DNA of 64,000 nucleotides, taken from contig OX597826.1 in assembly GCA_951406725.2 (NCBI GenBank), positions 60,078,001 to 60,142,000 of the forward strand, given 5' to 3'. Shown here piece by piece: positions 27,510-42,064 of this stretch (within the stretch, counting starts at the first letter, position 1; the number at the start of each line of letters is the position of its first letter). Source of the DNA: Octopus vulgaris (Eukaryota). The notes beneath the pieces were generated by a model that saw only the letters and a program-made list of their open reading frames with translations, ran no database searches and was not told the origin of the DNA. Position numbers and translations under genes: made by a program.

Positions 27510-29741
27510 ACCCTTCTATCCATGGATCTGTTTAGGTAGTTGTTGCTAGTGAGCTGTTTACTAGGCTCGAATGAAAATCTCACTTCAACCTATTTTAGTC
27601 GCCTTTTCCCACACACAGAGGACACGTTATAGAGGGAACGTTGGGTCCATTCTTTGGCATGCCGGTCTACCAAAAAACACAAATGAAACAATATTAAATT
27701 AAAATCGCCAACAGTTTATTATACAAGATATGTATACATTACCCAATCTCCATTTTCTTCTTCTTTTATATATATATACACACAGTGGAGTGGTAGTGTT
27801 ATCTTGAAGCATTGTCTCATATATATATAAGCACTCTTAATTATATTTCTTACTGTAGCTTCAATGAAAACATAGATGTCTTCGGTGTGGCATTTCTGTA
27901 GTTTTTTTTTTTTTTCTGCCGGAGGATCCTTAGCATAGAAGCTTTCTTTAGTGAATATCTGTTATTATCTAATAGCACTTCCGATGTAGAATTCGTGTCA
28001 TTTGTTACAAGTGATTTTAGATACACACTTCGATCATTGATATATATCTGCAATTTTCATCGGGCAGTTGGGCAGTGTACACATGGCGTTTCTGTTGTCT
28101 TGTTTTGTTTTTAGATAGGATTCTCTACAGAGAAAATCCCGTGTTTTCCAGTCGTACTTTCAATCTCTCTCAATGAAAAGCACGGCCGATTGCAGCAGTG
28201 GACTTTTTTCATTAACATGCGGCATTTTAATGATAAGTGTTACCCGTTGACTTATGAATTCTCTTACTCTGTCTGATGATGCCCTGGCATTTAGTGATAG
28301 AATATGAGTAGCTCCTCAGGATCTTCATAAATTTTTAGGTTGCCTGTATTTTTGCTTCCTGCCTCACAATATTTACAGTGTATCCTACAAATCTACTTTC
28401 TAAAGCAGCCAATATTCGCTTTGGTGTGATGTTACGTAAAAAATGTAATTATATATATACATATATCAACATCATCATTAAGTGTCTTAAATCCGTGTTT
28501 TGACCCCGTTAACGGGAGTGGCTGGATCTACCTCAATTGCCATAGCAACCGATGTAGGCAGGCACATCCTCTCTCCACCTTTGGGATGTCTGGTTCCCAT
28601 TCTCTTTTACTATCATGAGGCTTTTTAGAGCTGGATTTTCTATGGGGAACATCCTTTTGCTTACACCCAACCTCAGTTTCTAGACATGAGCGATCCCGAG
28701 ACCAAGGTTCTACCACGATCTTTACTCCCCGTAAACCTTTTCGGAGACTGCCCCTATATTATATATTTATATGTAAGGTATATGTTAGAGGTGTTAAGCC
28801 CTCTAAGGGATAGAAATATCCCTAATTTACGGCTTCCTCTGCGAAGATACGAACTACCCACAACCTATGTTAGTGACATATAGGTCCTATTAACCACGCC
28901 GGATATCTCTAATTAGGGATAACTCCCTCAGATTACACCGGTGGTCAACTAGCTGATCAAGCAGACACGTGGAAGTCATTGATGTGAAACAGGCAGGTTT
29001 TTGTATTTTGGCGTGACGTCAGCATGCACAATATCATTTGGGAAATACTGTTTGAATAATTTTTGCGGCGCTGTAGTAATTAAAATTAGGATTTTTTGAA
29101 ACGATCTCACGAATCAGAGCCTATCTTGTGGTCTGTTTTTGTGATTTATCTCTGGAGTGCTTCAATTCATATAAGTTATTTCGTGTAATGAGCCCAAGCT
29201 GAAGTAGAGAATAGAAGGATAATGCCAGGAGCGTTTCAAGACCGAAAACCTATAAGGATCCTGGAACTCGCCATACGTACAAGGCCAACATTTCTGAAAT
29301 TGTCAACGATATTATGGTGAGACATAGTTAATTAATTCCTGCGTTACTTATTCATCTTGATTAAAGTGCTCTCATTAATTATTTCAGAACTAATAAATTA
29401 TTAGCTTTAATTAAGGGGACTCTAGCTTATTATAATTCATGACATATAATGCAACGATTTGCGTCTAACTTCTATAACTATCTCTGTACTCCTCCAAACA
29501 CTCACGATACGTAGTCACAACAATATTAGTGATGATAACTATTAGAATAAGAAACGAGACAGAACTTAATGTAGCGATAACAATAACAGTTTAGCAAAAG
29601 GCAAGCAAGAAATTTCAGTTGAGTGTTTTAGTTTATTATTTCGTCTCCAGTGTTCAACTGATACTTATTTTATCCATTTTATGAAAGGATGAAAGGCAAA
29701 CAATGTAATCACATATTTACGAAAAAACTAAAATGATATAT

Positions 29742-29897
29742 AGGCGCAGTAGTGGCTCAGTGGTAAGCTTGCTTCCTAAGGGAATACTTCCGGAGCCAAT
29801 CCCATTGCGTAGCACTTTGGGCAAGTGTTCCTACTATAAACTCAGGCCGACCAAATCCTTGTGAATTGATTTGGTAGACGGAAAGTGAAAGACGCCG

Positions 29898-29972
<75 letters not shown>

Positions 29973-30290
29973 GAAAATAGAGATAAATTAGAGATAGAGA
30001 TAAATTAATAATTATTCATTGATTACAAAATTTGATACCACATATATATGTATATACGTGTGTGTGTGAGAGAGAGAGAGTGTTTGTGTCCGTGTATGTC
30101 GCCCCAACTGATGTTGGTGTGTTTACGACAACCGATGTCGGTGTGTTTACGTCACCGTAACTTACCAGTTCGGCAAAAGCGCCGTAGAATAAGTATTAGG
30201 CTTATAAAGAATAAGTCCTGGGGCCAATTTGATGAACTAAAGTTAGTGTTCCAGGATGGCCGCAGTCATTTGACTGAAAGAAGTAAAAAT
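29742..30290 (+). mobile_element. SINE group C, diverged, with extra insertion in its internal (TA)n
   Basis: Homologous to 27096-27509, with a foreign segment at about 29970-30040. Confidence 0.85.
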
Positions 30291-30327
30291 TATAAGAATG
30301 ATAATGATGATAATAATATTAACAATG

Positions 30328-31104
30328 ATAGCGGTTACAATAAGTCACGATTAAAAGAAATAGCAAATGAAATAACAAAGATAGTTAAACTCACGCATTC
30401 TTTCAACAAGCACAATACAACATGTGACAGAATTTCTTTAGTAGTTAACGGGTACCGAAATTTCGCTGGCATTTCAAAAGTGTTGTATGAAAGTTACCAG
30501 CATGTGGCGGAAAAATATTCTCCTTTCAAACAGATATTTTCACAGCCGCCTATTGTATCCTTTAGACGGAATAAGAATATAAGAGAATTATTGACCACTT
30601 TTTCGAACTCCAAGAAAACAAACGTTGGAGTACCTGCACGCTTCACCGTGAAAAACAGTCTCAAGATATGTAAGTTCATTGAGCAATAACATGAGTGAAG
30701 TGAATTCCATCAGGTATCATATCAGAAATATTCTGATTTATACAGATGGTGGAAACATGTAGAGATTCCCATTTGATGTACGCAGCAGAATGCACCAAAA
30801 ACAACATGATTTATGTTGATTGTACAACAGAACAATTAAACAAAAAAATTAGTGGGCACAGATATGACGTCAGGCATAATAACAGTAGTTTGACATAACT
30901 TGCTGAATACTTTGCTTCAAGCGGCTGCAATTTTGAAAAAAACTTGAAAGTGTATATTCTCAGAAAATATTCCGAATCTGTTTCACTTTCACTTCTCAAA
31001 ATGCATGAGGAGAAATATATTTACGACTTATTAACATCATGCCTTGAAGGACCGAATAAAATAACAGGAAAATATAATCGAATTTACACAAAACTGTTTT
31101 ATTA
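30328..31104 (+). pseudogene. Penelope-like element: RT thumb/linker and GIY-YIG endonuclease, disrupted
   Basis: FSQPPIVSFRRNKNIRELL and KICKFI linker. After a frameshift: TCRDSHLMYAAECTKNNMIYVDCTTEQLNKKISGHRYDV..*LAEYF..EEKYIYDLLTSCLEGPN, which follows the GIY-YIG layout. Confidence 0.85.
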
Positions 31105-31292
31105 AATATTCTTTTTCATTTTCCTTTCCTTTTTTCTTTACTCTTCTTTTTTTTGCCTTTTTGTTTCCGTCTGTTATAAAATTGAAACTTAAAGACGGAT
31201 GGTGTCATTCCATCAACGTGAGGACGCTGCTTGCTCTCATTCACAGTTTAGATTTGAATTTCTATAATTTTGAATTTTTTTCACTTTTTATT

Positions 31293-31335
31293 TTGAACTC
31301 GACAAAGACAGGCTTGCTGTTGAAATATCGTTCAA
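31293..31335 (+). ncRNA. Degenerate type-I hammerhead ribozyme in the Penelope 3' terminal repeat
   Basis: UUGAAC-UCGACAA-A-GACAG(gcuug)CUGUU-GAAA-UA-UC-GUUCAA: perfect 6-bp stem I, 5-bp stem II, mutated CUGANGA box. Confidence 0.6.
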
Positions 31336-31389
31336 CCAATAAAATATCTATTGCAATCGCATCGCACGCTTCGTCTTGTCTGTTATTTC

Positions 31390-31390
<1 letters not shown>

Positions 31391-31473
<83 letters not shown>

Positions 31474-31508
31474 CATTATTATTAATATCATTATTATTAT
31501 TATTATTA

Positions 31509-31595
<87 letters not shown>
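31391..31595. repeat. (TTA)n microsatellite
   Basis: Read directly; source of the poly-L/I/N ORFs. Confidence 0.95.
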
Positions 31596-31602
<7 letters not shown>

Positions 31603-32367
31603 CTGTACCATTCACAACATTGCCAGTATGATTGTTATTACTATCACCAATATCATTATTTTCCCTGTTATAATTCGTAAATTGATTGGTTGTTATAAAG
31701 CTTTTATTAATACTAAGATCGCCTTAATATTAGGCTAGCATAGCTAATTTCACTATCTAATTCACGGTTTCTATTAACTTGAGATTTTCCCTTATTGCTA
31801 ACCGATCTTTCTGTTATCCATAAAGCTCTTTTTACTATTCCAATTAGAATATCCCTCATTATTTTTACTTTATTATTATGGTGATCGCTATTATTCTTTA
31901 TCCCTTTCAATCACTTTTGCATCTTTATCGCTATTTTTAATCTCACCATTACGAACATAATGAATTTTCTCCTCATAAGCTTCTTCAGCTAAAGCTAAAT
32001 TACAGTATTTCTTGTTTCGCTTAAATATTCTTTCATTTACTTAAAGTTTACGGATTCTAAGGAGGGACCTTCTAGGCATAAAATTTATATGTAATTTTCG
32101 AAGAGTGGATATTCGTCTCACATTTATGGGGCTCCCATTTCATTTGTGGTACGCAGTATCAAACCACAGACTAACGTACAAAGTAACATTCAGAAAGTTT
32201 ACTTTATTATACTCATTCTCCATGGAGATGAATAGACATGAGCTCTTACAAAACATTTTTCTTATATGTTTCTAAGATGAGCTTATTATAACTATTATAA
32301 CTATGAATAGTTAACAAAGCCTCGTCCCTACATAACCTCCCATGCAAATGCAGGAAATTCCCTATTT

Positions 32368-32394
32368 AAACATTGTCATATATATATGTATATA

Positions 32395-32455
<61 letters not shown>

Positions 32456-32463
32456 CAATGTTT
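32368..32463. repeat. (TA)n tract with perfectly inverted 11-bp unique flanks
   Basis: AAACATTGTCA-(TA)n-TGACAATGTTT. Confidence 0.9.
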
Positions 32464-32787
32464 CGTAACTTAAAAACATGTATATAATTTACAGTATTCT
32501 ATTTAATGTTAAATAAAACAATTCAATGTCTGAGTTAATGCAAAATGCAAAACAATGTTTCAAAATAATATAGAAATTGAGCTACGTCCTCAGCTGAAAG
32601 AAAGTCTTTCGAATTGCTTAGTAATATATCACCAAACTAAATCGATGTCATTTATGACTTTATACACACCATATCGATTTCTCATATAATTTACTATATA
32701 TTCCATATATTTTGTAGAAGGATGCATTAAGGAATTTATTTATGAGTACTACTGAATTACCTGAATCCATGTAATGTGATGTAAATA

Positions 32788-32841
<54 letters not shown>

Positions 32842-32856
32842 ACACACAGACACACA

Positions 32857-32888
<32 letters not shown>

Positions 32889-32956
32889 TAACATGGGATC
32901 ATTATAAACGGCAGATTTTAGCCATTTCTCCGCAGATTGAAAAAAATCTGATGAAC

Positions 32957-33000
32957 AACCTTAATCGATTTTCGAACATTATTGAGTTCTCATCAGAGAC
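32957..33000 (-). ncRNA. Minimal type-I hammerhead ribozyme with canonical core
   Basis: GUCU-CUGAUGA-GAAC(UCAAUAAU)GUUC-GAAA-AUCGAU-UA-AGGU: intact core, palindromic stem III, short wobble-containing stem I. Lies in a block that starts at a (TA)n tract. Confidence 0.7.
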
Positions 33001-33175
33001 GTCTACATTATTCTGACAGTTTCCAGAGACACAAACAGTCAATCTCTTTCTATACTCAACATATGCAGCAGTTACTCAGTTACTCTATGGAGGAGTAACT
33101 AACTTGATACTGATCTTAGTCCATACAGTATCAAGGTACATAAATATGTAACACACACACACACACACATATATA

Positions 33176-33239
<64 letters not shown>

Positions 33240-33363
33240 CATATACATGTACGCTACTAAGGTAGTTGTTTGTGAAGTTTTGCCGGACCACTATAGTGAT
33301 TTTAAAGTTGGTCTGCAATATCTGTATAATTATTTCCTCTCAATTTTTCTTCTCCTTTCTGCA

Positions 33364-33395
<32 letters not shown>

Positions 33396-33748
33396 AATAT
33401 ATGCATATATATTAACAGCTACATACGTATACACAATAACTCTCACATAATAGTATGTTCGATGATATTCATATGTGTGCCTCTGTGTAAACGTGTACAA
33501 GTTCTATGTTCTTTGTCCAAATTTAAATTAAATGCGTCTTAAGACCACATATTAAGACCACTTTTGAGAATTCACTCCCGCAGACTTCATACATTTCTTC
33601 ATATACTTATTTCCGAAAGTGTTTGAACATGATTACTTATACACTCAAGTACAAAACAAATGTACATCTACATTTATATCTATAGATATATCTATAGACT
33701 TAGGTCTCTATCACTTTGTCTCTCTCTTTCTCTCTCTACACACACATA

Positions 33749-33790
<42 letters not shown>

Positions 33791-34004
33791 CATGTGTATA
33801 CATATGTGTGTGTGTGAGTGTGTGTATGTGTATGTGTGTGGGGGGGTCAAAATAAGCAACAGGATATCAAGTAGTGATGCAGTGCTGATTTTATTCAACT
33901 TACTTCAAACTCAGCGGATAATACCGGACTCACTTGTTGCTTCAATGTAAGTACCTAATTCAACTGAATCTCAATTATTTCTTATATATCTATATGTGTG
34001 TGTG

Positions 34005-34036
<32 letters not shown>

Positions 34037-34089
34037 TGTATGTATATATGCATGAATATATATTTATATATATATATCCATATGTATAT

Positions 34090-34245
34090 AGTTTAAATTT
34101 ATAGAAATCGAAAGAGTAACACAGGTGTGGAATCAACAAAGATGTGTATTAGTTTAACGCTCGGGAAGAATGGAGAAGTCTTTTGCGTCTCGAGCCTGCG
34201 CTCTTCAACAAAAAGGAGCCAGAAGAAAAAACGGAGAGGTAATCT
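34090..34245 (-). mobile_element. Penelope-type terminal repeat, diverged, with broken hammerhead
   Basis: GTATTAGTTTAACGCTCGGG and CGAGCCTGCGCTCTTC are shared with 34805-35160 and 53497-53690. Confidence 0.65.
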
Positions 34246-34253
34246 ATATATAT

Positions 34254-34740
34254 ACTTGGTCATCCCATAAATAATGCTGTTTTTTCAACTGAATGGACTA
34301 GAAATCGAAGGAAAACAGGATAAACTACCTGCATCAACTTGCTGTAAAAGCAGGTAGTAATTTTACCTTGTGATTATTCTTAGTGCAAGTTTCAAAGAGT
34401 GCAGTTCGATTTTAGCAGTTATATTTTCAAAGTCATAATGGAAATGACAAGGGTGCATATTCGGCATACTTTGCTTTATGAGTTCAATAAAGACAACGAT
34501 GCATCAGAAAGTGAAAGGAATAACAATGCAGTATATGGGGACTGGACCATAAGCGTAAGCCAGTGTCAACGGTAGTTCTACAAATTCCGAGTCGGAAACT
34601 ACAGCCTAGTAGACGAGCACCGTGATTCAGAGGTCGATGAGAACGTCCTGCAAACCCTGGTGGAACAAAATCCCATCGTAACTGTTCAGGAACTAGTAAA
34701 GAAGCTTGGATTTGGTCATTCAACCATTCATTGACACCAG
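34254..34740 (+). mobile_element. Mariner transposon 5' fragment (TIR plus disrupted transposase N-terminal HTH)
   Basis: TA-preceded TIR-like CTTGGTCATCCCATAAATAATGC. From 34438: MEMTRVHIRHTLLYEFNK..AVYGD..QCQR*FYKFRVGNYSLVDE..VDENVLQTLVEQNPIVTVQELVKKLGFGHSTIH*H. Confidence 0.85.
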
Positions 34741-34804
34741 CACTATAAGAAAAGCAACTGTTGTTTTTTTGTTGTTTTTTTTTGGTGAATTCTTCCGATA
34801 TATA

Positions 34805-35160
34805 TATATAGGGAGAGAATTCAGAAAACAAAAGCAAAAGACGAAGAGAGGTAGTGTAGACAACAGACAGATACATTAGTATAACACTCGGGAAGTGGAA
34901 AAGTATTTAATGTTTCGAGCCTACGCTCTTCCACAGAGAAGAGCTCAGAAAGAAACAAGGAGAGAAAATAAAGAATGAGTAGTGACTAGCGATCTATCAT
35001 GGCGAAACCCGGACAGAAGTGTCACACAGGAGACCTAGGGGAAGGGGTGATAAAAAAGGGGATGGTGATCCCAAAATGAAGGTGCGCGTGCGATTGTATA
35101 AGAGAGTTTGTATGTGCGTAATGAAGAGGGCTGGTGTTCTTGACTTGTTCGTGTGTGTAT
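34805..35160 (-). mobile_element. Penelope-type terminal repeat with variant hammerhead (34905-34939)
   Basis: CUGUGGA-A-GAGC(GUAG)GCUC-GAAA-CA-UU. Begins at a TA run and is homologous to 53497-53690. Confidence 0.7.
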
Positions 35161-35738
35161 GATATATATATATATATATATATGTATAATTTTCCTCTTT
35201 TTTGCCTTCTCTTTCTAGTACGAAAAAAAGTCTGAAAGAGAGAGTGGCGAAAGAACGTAAAAAGCTCTTTCTTTACATAAAAATCTTTAAAAAATAATTT
35301 ACCCCAGGAATTTGAAATCTAATAATAAGGTCTCCATATGTATTAAACGAATTTGTAATTTTATCATGTTTTATTTATTTTAATCTACATATTATTTTAC
35401 CCTTGTCACGTTGAACATCATTCTAGATAGAGTGTTTAGCAACGCATTTGTTGTTCTGTTTTGCTGTGTAATAACTACGAAATAATATCTTTACTGAAAT
35501 ACATTGGCGTTCTTTTTGTATGTATTTATATATAAAAAATCATACGCATTTTCATATCATTCTCTATATTTATTTGTAAGGTTTTGTGTACAATCATTTC
35601 CAAGAAAGTGCTTTTAGGCGTATGTTCGTTCCACATTTCATATATGAGTAATTATTTTTCACAATCAATTAACGTATGGCTAATATAAATAATATTATTA
35701 ATATTAAATTAATATTAATAATATTAATATATATATAT

Positions 35739-35804
<66 letters not shown>

Positions 35805-36177
35805 TGAAAAAAGAAAAACATTCCATCATTTCATCCTGCAAGGTTGATTGGAGTTTCTAGTTTTGGTTAAAATGAATGTAATTATGTTCGATGTAATGCT
35901 AACTTAGCAGATTTTTTGCTGTCAGTGAGCCATAAATTTCTGTATTTCAGAGGCAAATATATTTACACGTAGATGCATTATCACAAGTTTATGGATAAAT
36001 ACCGATATTAAACATACATTATACTCTCACCCGTAAGCACAAACACACACGCACGCGCGCATACACGCAGAGGCGCACGCACTCACACACACTTCTAAGA
36101 CCATATATAGAAATTGCCATGCACAGTTAAATGTGTGTGCGTGTATATATATATGTATGTATATATATATATATATT

Positions 36178-36241
<64 letters not shown>

Positions 36242-37156
36242 CAAATGCACTTGCATATTATAGTCAATATGTCGCTGAGAACAATTATGCATATTACTAT
36301 ATAAATATGCATAGATATTCTTAGATATATAAATGTAAATAACATTTATCTACATTATATATGTAGATGCATACACATTGATACAGACACGCATACGTAC
36401 ATACATATACACACACACATACGATATATATATATATATATATACGCAAATATTAGAGATTGAGGCAGTGTCGTAATATGTATGTAAATATGTACATTTT
36501 ATTAACTCAATCTCCTAAAAGAGAATCAGATTGTAATTCGCGTTAGTATGAAATTGTACAGAAATTTCCATTTAGCTATTTATGTATGAGAAATATTGTA
36601 TCGTAATGCGATATATTAATAATTTTATAATGAAACATATCAAATATAAAAAGAAGTGAAAATTACTTTGCATATAATTCTGAACAATTCGCGTATTGTT
36701 AATATTGAAAAATCTTTATCTAGCTCTTAGTAATTGATTCTTTAGATAATAGATATATGTTAGTAGCTCGAAGCATTTAAATGGGAATGACTTTTATATA
36801 AATATATTCGTACCAATTCCATTTGCTACTCTGTTTTTCTCGTTGTCTTCTTTATATTTGAAGAAATGGAATTATATTGAATAATTTTGTCAAATGGTTT
36901 TTCAAAAGAAATTTCTTTAAGGTAGGCAAAAGAAAATTAATTTTTTGACTTTGCTTCTGCTTATGTACACTACGGAGAAAATATTGATGGAAACAAATGA
37001 AACGGCGCAACCGTTTATTAGCGACACGTAGGAGCATATATGCATATACACACATATAGCGGTACAGAGATAGAGAAGAGAAAACTAATGGCAGATATAT
37101 AAGGTGTCACTGAGATTATATAGCTTGTGTATGAGACTATATAGATAAACACATTC

Positions 37157-37226
<70 letters not shown>

Positions 37227-38023
37227 TACGTACCTATAGAGGAACACTAACTATAACAAAATAAAAAATGATTTTGGTTTTTACCACTATAGAATTTTGT
37301 GAATTCTTGTTACTAATATTTTCAAATTAAGAGACTATCGCTCTGGTTATCTGAGAACTATAACATGAAACTCGAGTTAACTTATAGAAATATTCTACTA
37401 AACAAATAATTTGTTTTGTCTGCAAACGAAGGCATCCCTACTTCGACTTGAAAGAAACATTCTCGTGAATAAAATTAGAATATCTTATTAGTCAAAAATT
37501 AGGAAAAGGGCCGGTATATTTGCAAATAAAATGTTAACACCATCGATATTAATTCATTTGCCTTACAATTAAAACAATGACGATTAATGATATTAAAGTA
37601 CTGACGAAAACAAAAATGGTACAATTATTATATGCAGTTCAATTTGGTAATAATTTATTCCTTCAGAAGCAAGCAAATGGAAGAACATAGAATAATTTAG
37701 AAAGTCAGATTAAAAGTAGGAAAAGTCAGCTCAATGGTAAAATAAGCAAAGGAAACAAGGAAAATACAATTTTTTTGTATAACTTATGGAAGTTCTAGAT
37801 TTCTATATGATCTATAGTTTATAGAACTTTTGAAGGGTCTAGAGAACTTTTAGAACTTAAGGGAGTTCTAGAGTTCTATATGATACTTTTAGAGTTCTAG
37901 AGTTCTATATGATTATGAAATCAGCCACGCTGATTTGGATGCATGCACTACTTCGGAGTGCTCATATCGCATTCCTCCAAACAATTCCTTATGTTTATGA
38001 GAAACGATTTTGATTAGCCATTC

Positions 38024-38064
<41 letters not shown>

Positions 38065-38430
38065 CGTGCGTGCGTGTGTGTGTGTGTGTGTGTGTCTTTG
38101 GTGTCAGCGTGCTGATTATGATTAGTCTTCTTTCTGCTTTTTGCTGTCATGTATATAAATGTTATACTAGTCAGCAACACTGGTGTTGATACTGAAGTTC
38201 GTATAATTTCTTTTGAAACAGAAAACGCAATTAGTTCGTTTTGTTACATTCCATTTTAAAATGTTACTAAACGACTTACGAGGTTGAGACCTTTGACAGA
38301 CCTTTTCTCATGTTTATATATCGCATCAGAATGTGGACAATGATCGTATGCACAGATTTGAATCCAAACCATGTACGACGAACGTTGCATTTCATGATGT
38401 TACTGCAAAGCGCGCGTGCTTTTATATATA

Positions 38431-38660
38431 TTTCTTTACTACCCACAATGGGCTAAACATAGAGGGGACAAACAAGGACAGACAAAGGGATTAAGTCGAT
38501 TACATCGACCCCAGTACGTAACTAGTACTTAATTTATCGACACCGAAAGGATGAAAGGCAAAGTCGACCTCGGCGGAATTTGAACCCAGAACGTAACGGT
38601 AGACGAAATACGGCTACGCATTTCGCCCGGCGCGTTAACGTTTCTGCCATCTCGCCGCCG
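38431..38660 (-). mobile_element. SINE group D, full copy
   Basis: Reverse complement of 62516-62745, with GCGTGCTTTTATATA repeated on both sides as a likely target-site duplication. Confidence 0.9.
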
Positions 38661-39801
38661 CGTGCTTTTATATAAGTGCGTGTCTTTGCATGTCTTTGTG
38701 TGTATGCGCATGCGTTTGTTTAGGTATATGTGTGTGAGTGTGTGGACCTTGTGAGTGTGTATAACAGATATATGATCAACTAGTTCGTTTTTATATATGT
38801 TTTCAATATATTTCATTTAGCCATTATTATTTTACTTTATTTTCTTACATATATGTTCTGTAGTACATTTAATGAAATCCTTTTTGAATTTATATGGTCA
38901 CTAATGGTTTGGTTTCAAACTCCATAACTAATATAACCCCAGTGTTTACCCTGGAGATACCAGACGGCAAAACGAGATGAAATGTATTCGCCAGTGCAGT
39001 AAAAAAAAGGATATCTTCATAATTATAAACTTACTTAGTCTGTCTGCGGGGGACAAAACCATAAGAATGCATTAAGTAACTATCATTTAACTGAACAGTC
39101 GCTTCGCTGAATGCCTTCCGTCATCCTATGAAACAGCTACTTAGAGAGACACATAATTTTCTGTTTGCATACGCAGACACTCACATACATATGGATGCAT
39201 ACAAGGAAAGACAGACGCATACAGGCACTCTAGAACGCACAAATATATTTATACATACACACACACACGCACCTACTCACACGCATACACGCGTGCACAC
39301 ACACATATATGTGGATGTATGTCGCACGATAGTAACGGTATTACATGAATCGATACATTAGACGACAGATACATACTCTCACATACATATATGTTTGAAT
39401 GATAATAGCTCGGGAAGAAGAATTCAAAATATATGGATGAGAGTCGAGAAACAGAAATTTTCATAGATCTGGACAGTGATAATTGCAAGAATACAAGAAA
39501 ATGTAATGCACTCTAAAACGTAGATAAATAAATGAAATGCCGCAACGTTGGGTTGTCTGTTCGGAAATTAGATTCAACATTTTGTGTAGGGTGTTGAGCA
39601 TACGTAGAAGCAGACACAGAAAATGGTAAATTTTTTTACTAATGTTAAATCAGTGACATGACATCATTGAGATTGCCAGGATGGAACTTCGATATTTTGA
39701 CAAAACTTTGCATGAACAAAGCAATCAGTTTTCTTCATACAATGTACCACCGACAAATCCGTTAAACACGTAGTTGTGTAAAAGATACAGAGAGACTGGC
39801 G

Positions 39802-39804
<3 letters not shown>

Positions 39805-39874
<70 letters not shown>

Positions 39875-39907
39875 TATATATGTAGGTATGTATGTATATA
39901 TATATAT

Positions 39908-39979
<72 letters not shown>

Positions 39980-40034
39980 GTGGATATATAGATGGATAGA
40001 TAGATGGATGGATGGATAGATGGATGGTTGGATG

Positions 40035-40085
<51 letters not shown>

Positions 40086-40086
40086 G

Positions 40087-40153
<67 letters not shown>
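39805..40153. repeat. (TA)n plus (GATA)n/(GATG)n microsatellite
   Basis: Read directly from the sequence. Confidence 0.95.
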
Positions 40154-40813
40154 GGGAGTGTGTATGAATAATTATTTCGGTATAAGTGTAAAGAAAGAAG
40201 TTTGTGAGCAGCTTAATTATTGGTTCATGAATGTTTGTGTAATTGAGGAAAGAAAACTGAACATAATAAAGTCGTCATTATAAATAAAGATTACCCTAGG
40301 TGATATATTTTCCCTATACTTAATATTTAAAACATCCAAATTGCTCCATATCCAACGACAATCCTGTTTATGTATGTTGTACATCTTCCACGTGAGGTAA
40401 TGGAATAGGAGATAAGTAATTACTTAATTATATCGCATCTTCCATGGAAATGTATTGTTTATAAATCAAGGAAAAGCAGTGCCGAAAGTATGAGAAAACG
40501 AGAGAGCTGCATAGGTAAATACAGGGATAGGTATAAATATTTATCAATGTACCTAATTTATGCAAAGCACTGCAAAGAGTACGGTGTTTCTGCAAGTTCT
40601 AATTTAAAGTAAGTTAGGGAAAACTTTCATTGTTAGATTTTTCTTCTTCTTAGTGTCAGATATGTGAGAACATAGTACATACATATTTGATTCATTATAG
40701 TCCTGTGATGATCCGACCAACGGGATATGAACAGAATTCTCTCAGACGGTAACTGTGCAGATGCAGCTTTTCTACAAAACAAATGTTTTGAAAGGTTGGA
40801 GCATTTCTGCATT

Positions 40814-40865
<52 letters not shown>

Positions 40866-40973
40866 TTCATTTATAAATATACATATATATATACACACAC
40901 ACACATAAATATGCATATATATACATATATAAATATATATATATATTTATACTTATAAGCACACATATATATA

Positions 40974-41014
<41 letters not shown>

Positions 41015-41488
41015 ACATGCACACACACACACACACACACACATATATGTATGTATATATATATATATATACATACGCACGCACACACACAAACGCGAAG
41101 GCCAAAGTAACTCTTTCATCTTTTATCTTGTATGTTTTGCTTGTTTCAATCATATGATTGCGGCCATGCTGGGTCACTACCCTGGAGAGTGCTTCGTCGA
41201 TCGAATCTGTCCTAGTACGTTGTTAAGTATGGTACTTATTCTTTTGTTTTATTTTGTCGAGCTGCTATGTTGCGGGGTCGCAAACAAACAAAGAACGGTC
41301 GTCAGATGATGCTTGGGTATTATCAAAGACACAAAATCACCACCCTTACACACGCATCTCTCTGACCTGCTATATATAGCTATATCTATCTATCTGTATA
41401 TAGATATATATATACACACACACTAACACACACATACACACACACTAACACACACATACGCACACACACATATATATATGTGTGTGTG

Positions 41489-41782
41489 TGTGAAGGCGCA
41501 TGGCTAAGAGCTTACGATCGTGAGGTTGTGAGTTTGAATGCCGGACCGGGCTGCGTGTTGTGTTCTTCAGCAAGACACTTTATTTCACGTTGCTCCAGTT
41601 GCGACGTCACTGGTGCCAAGTTGTATCAGCCTTTGTCTTTACCTTGGATAACACTGGTGGCGTGGAGAGGGGAGGCCGGCATACATGGGTACTGCTGGTC
41701 TTCCATAAACAACCTTGCCCAGACTTGTGCCTGGGATGGTAACTTACTAGGTGCAATCCCACGGTCAGTCATGACTGAAGGA
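41489..41782 (+). mobile_element. tRNA/CORE-type SINE group B
   Basis: GTGAAGGCGCATGGCT head and TTGTGTTCTTCAGCAAGACACTTTATTTCACGTTGCTCCAGT CORE-like segment. Body is shared with 7268-7502. Confidence 0.85.
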
Positions 41783-42064
41783 CGAGCTTCTTTCAGTTTC
41801 CTCCTGCCATATCTACTCACAAATTTTTGTAATTCTGACGCAGAAATATACATATACATGAGCGTGTGCGCGTTTATATATGTTTATACGTGTACACCAT
41901 CATATAATATCATCTACTGGTTTGATAGTTCGTTCTTTAATGGACAATATATTCGCATGTGTGCAGAGTATGAGATTATATGAGTGTGCGTTTTATATAT
42001 ACATAAACACATATATATTCAATGTATGATATATATATATATATATATATATATATCATTGTAG

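Noticed and set aside
28050-28410. Possible further GIY-YIG remnant (RIHCKYCEA) on minus strand
   Set aside because: Only one short motif and many disruptions.
30048-30689. 213-aa ORF as a real gene
   Set aside because: It is a chimera of SINE C read-through, a simple repeat and a disrupted Penelope ORF.
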